DNA of 39,478 bases from Flavobacteriales bacterium (GTDB lineage Bacteria; Bacteroidota; Bacteroidia; Flavobacteriales; Flavobacteriaceae), in contig JBBSRP010000001.1 in the NCBI GenBank assembly GCA_038242935.1, positions 1 to 39,478 on the forward strand. The letters are read 5' to 3'. Each line of letters begins with the position of its first letter. Position 1 is the first letter of the stretch. The position numbers and the translations under genes are program-made. The notes beneath the pieces were generated by a model. It searched no databases, had not been told where the DNA came from, and saw nothing but the letters and a program-made list of their open reading frames with translations. Positions 36,644 to 39,478 of the stretch are shown in pieces.

Positions 36644-37237
36644 TTATCTGAATATTTTTCTATCTTCTATAAGCAGTTCTTGTTTTCGCTCCAAAGATTT
36701 TACAGCGCGTATTACGGTTTCTACGCGCAAACCTGTAAGATCAGCGATTTGTTGACGTGTGAGTGCCACTCTGTATTTAGTTTCTTTACAATCATTTTCT
36801 TGCGACTTTAGATAATCGATTAATTTCAAAATTCTATGTTCTGGCTCCTGCGTCGAAATTTCCGTCGCCATCATTGATTTATAGTAAAGTCTTTCTGCTA
36901 AATATTGCGAAATACTTAAATTCACTTCGGGATTGGCAAGAAGTAATTTGAAAAAAGCTTTCTTCTCTACGGTATAAAGCTCGGCATCTGTCAAAGCTTC
37001 TGCATTTGCGGGATAAGTAAGATCGCATAGGAGCGGAGGCTCGCCAAAACTGCTACCTGCCGTAAAAATTCCTTGGATGAATTCTTTACCCTCATCATTA
37101 AAGTTATTCATTTTGATTTCGCCAGAAATCACCTGATAATAAAAATTAGATTTCTGTCCTTCTCGAAATAGAATATCGCCTTTTTTTACTTGAATTTTTT
37201 TGGCGTCTACACTTTCTAGAAGTATTTCGGAAATCAA
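36644..37237 (-). CDS. Crp/Fnr family transcriptional regulator
   Basis: cNMP-like domain (LFREG, GEIKM, SFGEPPL, YPANA) and HTH LTRQQIADLTGLRVETVIRAVKSL. The start is TTG at 37237 or 37261. Confidence 0.92.
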   Translation of the reverse strand: MISEILLESVDAKKIQVKKGDILFREGQKSNFYYQVISGEIKMNNFNDEGKEFIQGIFTAGSSFGEPPLLCDLTYPANAEALTDAELYTVEKKAFFKLLLANPEVNLSISQYLAERLYYKSMMATEISTQEPEHRILKLIDYLKSQENDCKETKYRVALTRQQIADLTGLRVETVIRAVKSLERKQELLIEDRKIFR

Positions 37238-37304
37238 GTTTTTTCTCTCTTTTGCAATCAACTTTTCTATACTTTAATTATTAAAACTACAACATTTTTT
37301 AAAC

Positions 37305-37335
37305 AAAAAAAGCCAAAGACGAATCTTTGGCTTTT
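37305..37335 (-). terminator. Intrinsic terminator of the E1 gene
   Basis: Minus strand AAAAGCCAAAGA-TTCG-TCTTTGGCTTTTTTT. Confidence 0.85.
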
Positions 37336-37352
37336 AATAAATATTTAAATCC

Positions 37353-39478
37353 CTAGAATAAACTTGGGTATTTTGCTGGATCTGTTTCGTGCATCATTGC
37401 ATAAACTTTCTCGTATACATCCTCAACAGATGGTTTTGAGAAATAATCTCCGTCTGTACCATAAGACGGTCTGTGCGCTTTTGACGCTAATGCCTCAGGT
37501 TTGCTGTCAAGATGTTTATACGCATTTTGCTCATCAACTACTTTTTGAAGAATATAAGCAGAAGCTCCTCCAGGAACATCTTCGTCAATTACTAAAAGTC
37601 TATTAGTTTTTGCAACACTTTTTACAATATCGTGATTGATATCAAAAGGCAGTAATGATTGAACATCTATAAGCTCGCAAGAAATACCTACTTCTTCAAG
37701 TTCTTTTACTGCTTGCTCAACGATTCTAACTGTAGATCCGTAAGTAACAAGTGTAATGTCAGTTCCTTTTGTAAGTGTTTCGACAACTCCAATAGGTGTT
37801 TTGAATTCTCCAATATTCGTTGGCATTTTCTCTTTTAATCTATAACCATTCAGACATTCGATAACTAAGGCTGGCTCGTCAGTTTGCAGTAATGTGTTGT
37901 AGAAACCTGCTGCTTTGGTCATATTACGTGGTACTAAAACGTGAATTCCACGAATAGCATTGATTATCATTCCCATTGGCGAACCTGAATGCCAGATTCC
38001 CTCTAGTCTGTGACCACGAGTACGAATAATAAGCGGCGCTTTTTGTTTTCCGCAAGTTCTGTATTGCAAAGTTGCAAGGTCGTCACTCATAATTTGAATT
38101 GCATAAAGCAAATAATCCAAATACTGAATTTCGGCAATTGGGCGCAAGCCTCTCATCGCCATTCCGATTCCTTGACCTAAAATTGTAGCTTCGCGAATTC
38201 CAGCATCTGCAACGCGCATTTCGCCATATTTCTCTTGAAGACCTTCCAATCCTTGATTTACATCTCCAATATTTCCTGCATCTTCACCAAAGATAAGTGC
38301 TTCTGGATATTTTGAAAAAATTGAGTCAAAATTATCACGGATGATTACTCGGCCATCAACATCTTGCGAATCTTCGTTGTAAACAGGAAGTACTTCTTCT
38401 ACAGAAAACACATTTTGTGCGGAATCTGAAAATAAGTGAGCGCTAAATTTAGGCTGAATTTTCTTTGTATAACTTTGAATCCACGAAGATAATTCGGCAT
38501 GAGCAGAATCTTTGATGACAAGACGTAAAATTTTACGTGCTGTGCTCAGAATATCTTTGCGTATTGGTTCTTTTATAGATTTTAAATCTGAAATATAAGA
38601 GGCAACTTTTTCATTTGCTGCAAGTTTTTCAAGAAGCGAAACTAATTCAGCTCTTTCGTCTTGCATTGGTTTTGTAAAAGCAATCCATGCTGCTTTTTTA
38701 CCTTCAAGAACTTCTTTCTTAGCATCAGCATCAATAGTGTCAAGTTCTTCTTGAGTAGCGATTCCCGAAGAAACCATCCACTCTTTCATTTTCTTAACAC
38801 AGTCAAAATCGCCTTCCCAAGTAAGTCTGTCGGCATTTTTATAACGTTCGTGCGATCCTGAAGTTGAGTGCCCTTGAGGTTGTGTAACTTCTACAACGTG
38901 TATCAAAACTGGTACATGCTCTTCTCTCGCAACTTTTGCTGCTTTTTCGTAAACTGAAATCAATTCAGGATAATCCCAACCTTTTACTTTAAAGATTTCA
39001 TATCCTTTAGTATCTTCATCACGCTGAAAACCTTTCAATATTTCAGAAATGCTCTCTTTTGTTGTTTGGTATTTTGCGTGAACCGAAATTCCGTATTCAT
39101 CATCCCAAACACTCATCACCATTGGTACTTGCAAAACACCAGCTCCGTTGATTGTTTCAAAAAACAAACCTTCGGACGTACTTGCATTTCCAATTGTACC
39201 CCAAGCAATTTCATTTCCGCTTTCGCTAAAATTGGTTGCGTCGATATTTGGTAAATTTCTGTATATTTTTGATGCTTGAGCAAGTCCAAGTAAACGTGGC
39301 ATTTGTCCTGCTGTAGGAGAAATGTCGGCACTTGAATTTTTTTGTTGAGTTAAGTTTTTCCAACTTCCATCTTCGTTTAAACTATGAGTAGCGAAATGTC
39401 CACCCATCTGACGTCCGCCAGACATTGGATCATAAGCGATATCTGAATGTCCAAATAAACCTGCAAAAAATTGCTCGA
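37353..39478 (-). CDS. Fused alpha/beta E1 component of 2-oxoacid (branched-chain) dehydrogenase, 5' end outside the window
   Basis: The frame stays open to the window edge (EQFFAGLFGHSDIAYDPMSGGRQM). TPP-binding GNASTSEG...WDDEYGIS, GHSTSGSH, FGEDAG, GIREATI, AEIQYLDY, GIWHSGSP. Confidence 0.92.
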   Translation of the reverse strand, partial: EQFFAGLFGHSDIAYDPMSGGRQMGGHFATHSLNEDGSWKNLTQQKNSSADISPTAGQMPRLLGLAQASKIYRNLPNIDATNFSESGNEIAWGTIGNASTSEGLFFETINGAGVLQVPMVMSVWDDEYGISVHAKYQTTKESISEILKGFQRDEDTKGYEIFKVKGWDYPELISVYEKAAKVAREEHVPVLIHVVEVTQPQGHSTSGSHERYKNADRLTWEGDFDCVKKMKEWMVSSGIATQEELDTIDADAKKEVLEGKKAAWIAFTKPMQDERAELVSLLEKLAANEKVASYISDLKSIKEPIRKDILSTARKILRLVIKDSAHAELSSWIQSYTKKIQPKFSAHLFSDSAQNVFSVEEVLPVYNEDSQDVDGRVIIRDNFDSIFSKYPEALIFGEDAGNIGDVNQGLEGLQEKYGEMRVADAGIREATILGQGIGMAMRGLRPIAEIQYLDYLLYAIQIMSDDLATLQYRTCGKQKAPLIIRTRGHRLEGIWHSGSPMGMIINAIRGIHVLVPRNMTKAAGFYNTLLQTDEPALVIECLNGYRLKEKMPTNIGEFKTPIGVVETLTKGTDITLVTYGSTVRIVEQAVKELEEVGISCELIDVQSLLPFDINHDIVKSVAKTNRLLVIDEDVPGGASAYILQKVVDEQNAYKHLDSKPEALASKAHRPSYGTDGDYFSKPSVEDVYEKVYAMMHETDPAKYPSLF

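Noticed and set aside
1757-39331. Remaining short ORFs (60-128 aa) nested in or antisense to the called genes
   Set aside because: All lie within well-supported CDS and show no recognisable motifs.

Overview
AT-rich chromosomal window from a Flavobacteriaceae bacterium, most likely Flavobacterium. This rests on protein similarity, TAnnTTTG -7 promoter boxes, and A-rich leaders without Shine-Dalgarno sites. It holds about 36 mostly housekeeping CDS. Left to right: DUF1015 (partial), hbd, a GnnA-like Gfo/Idh/MocA oxidoreductase, pcm and smpB; an accessory envelope cassette (Omp85-like barrel, GT4-glycosidase-like fusion, MlaD/F/E, AI-2E); mscS, maf, UbiA-family, kdsC and DUF2520; fused CcsBA; redox/stress genes; a diverged ECF sigma/anti-sigma pair; a menaquinone cluster (menD, menB, menA, menC); DJ-1/PfpI; a Crp/Fnr regulator with a small membrane protein; and a partial fused 2-oxoacid dehydrogenase E1. 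I found no tRNA, rRNA, CRISPR array, transposase, integrase or phage gene. The most notable signals are: (1) two related structured intergenic elements (Flavo-1-like) with a compensatory helix, one carrying nested 25-nt mini-elements in an A-A-B-B arrangement and the other bracketed by a duplicated terminator; (2) a single in-frame TGA splitting the oxidoreductase where homologues appear to have Cys; (3) an internal signal-peptide-like segment plus His-rich tract in CcsBA; (4) a stand-alone copy of the flavobacterial aromatic amino acid hydroxylase C-terminal domain; (5) a perfect Crp-type operator between the Crp/Fnr gene and its likely target. All family assignments come from motif recognition and recall, not database searches.
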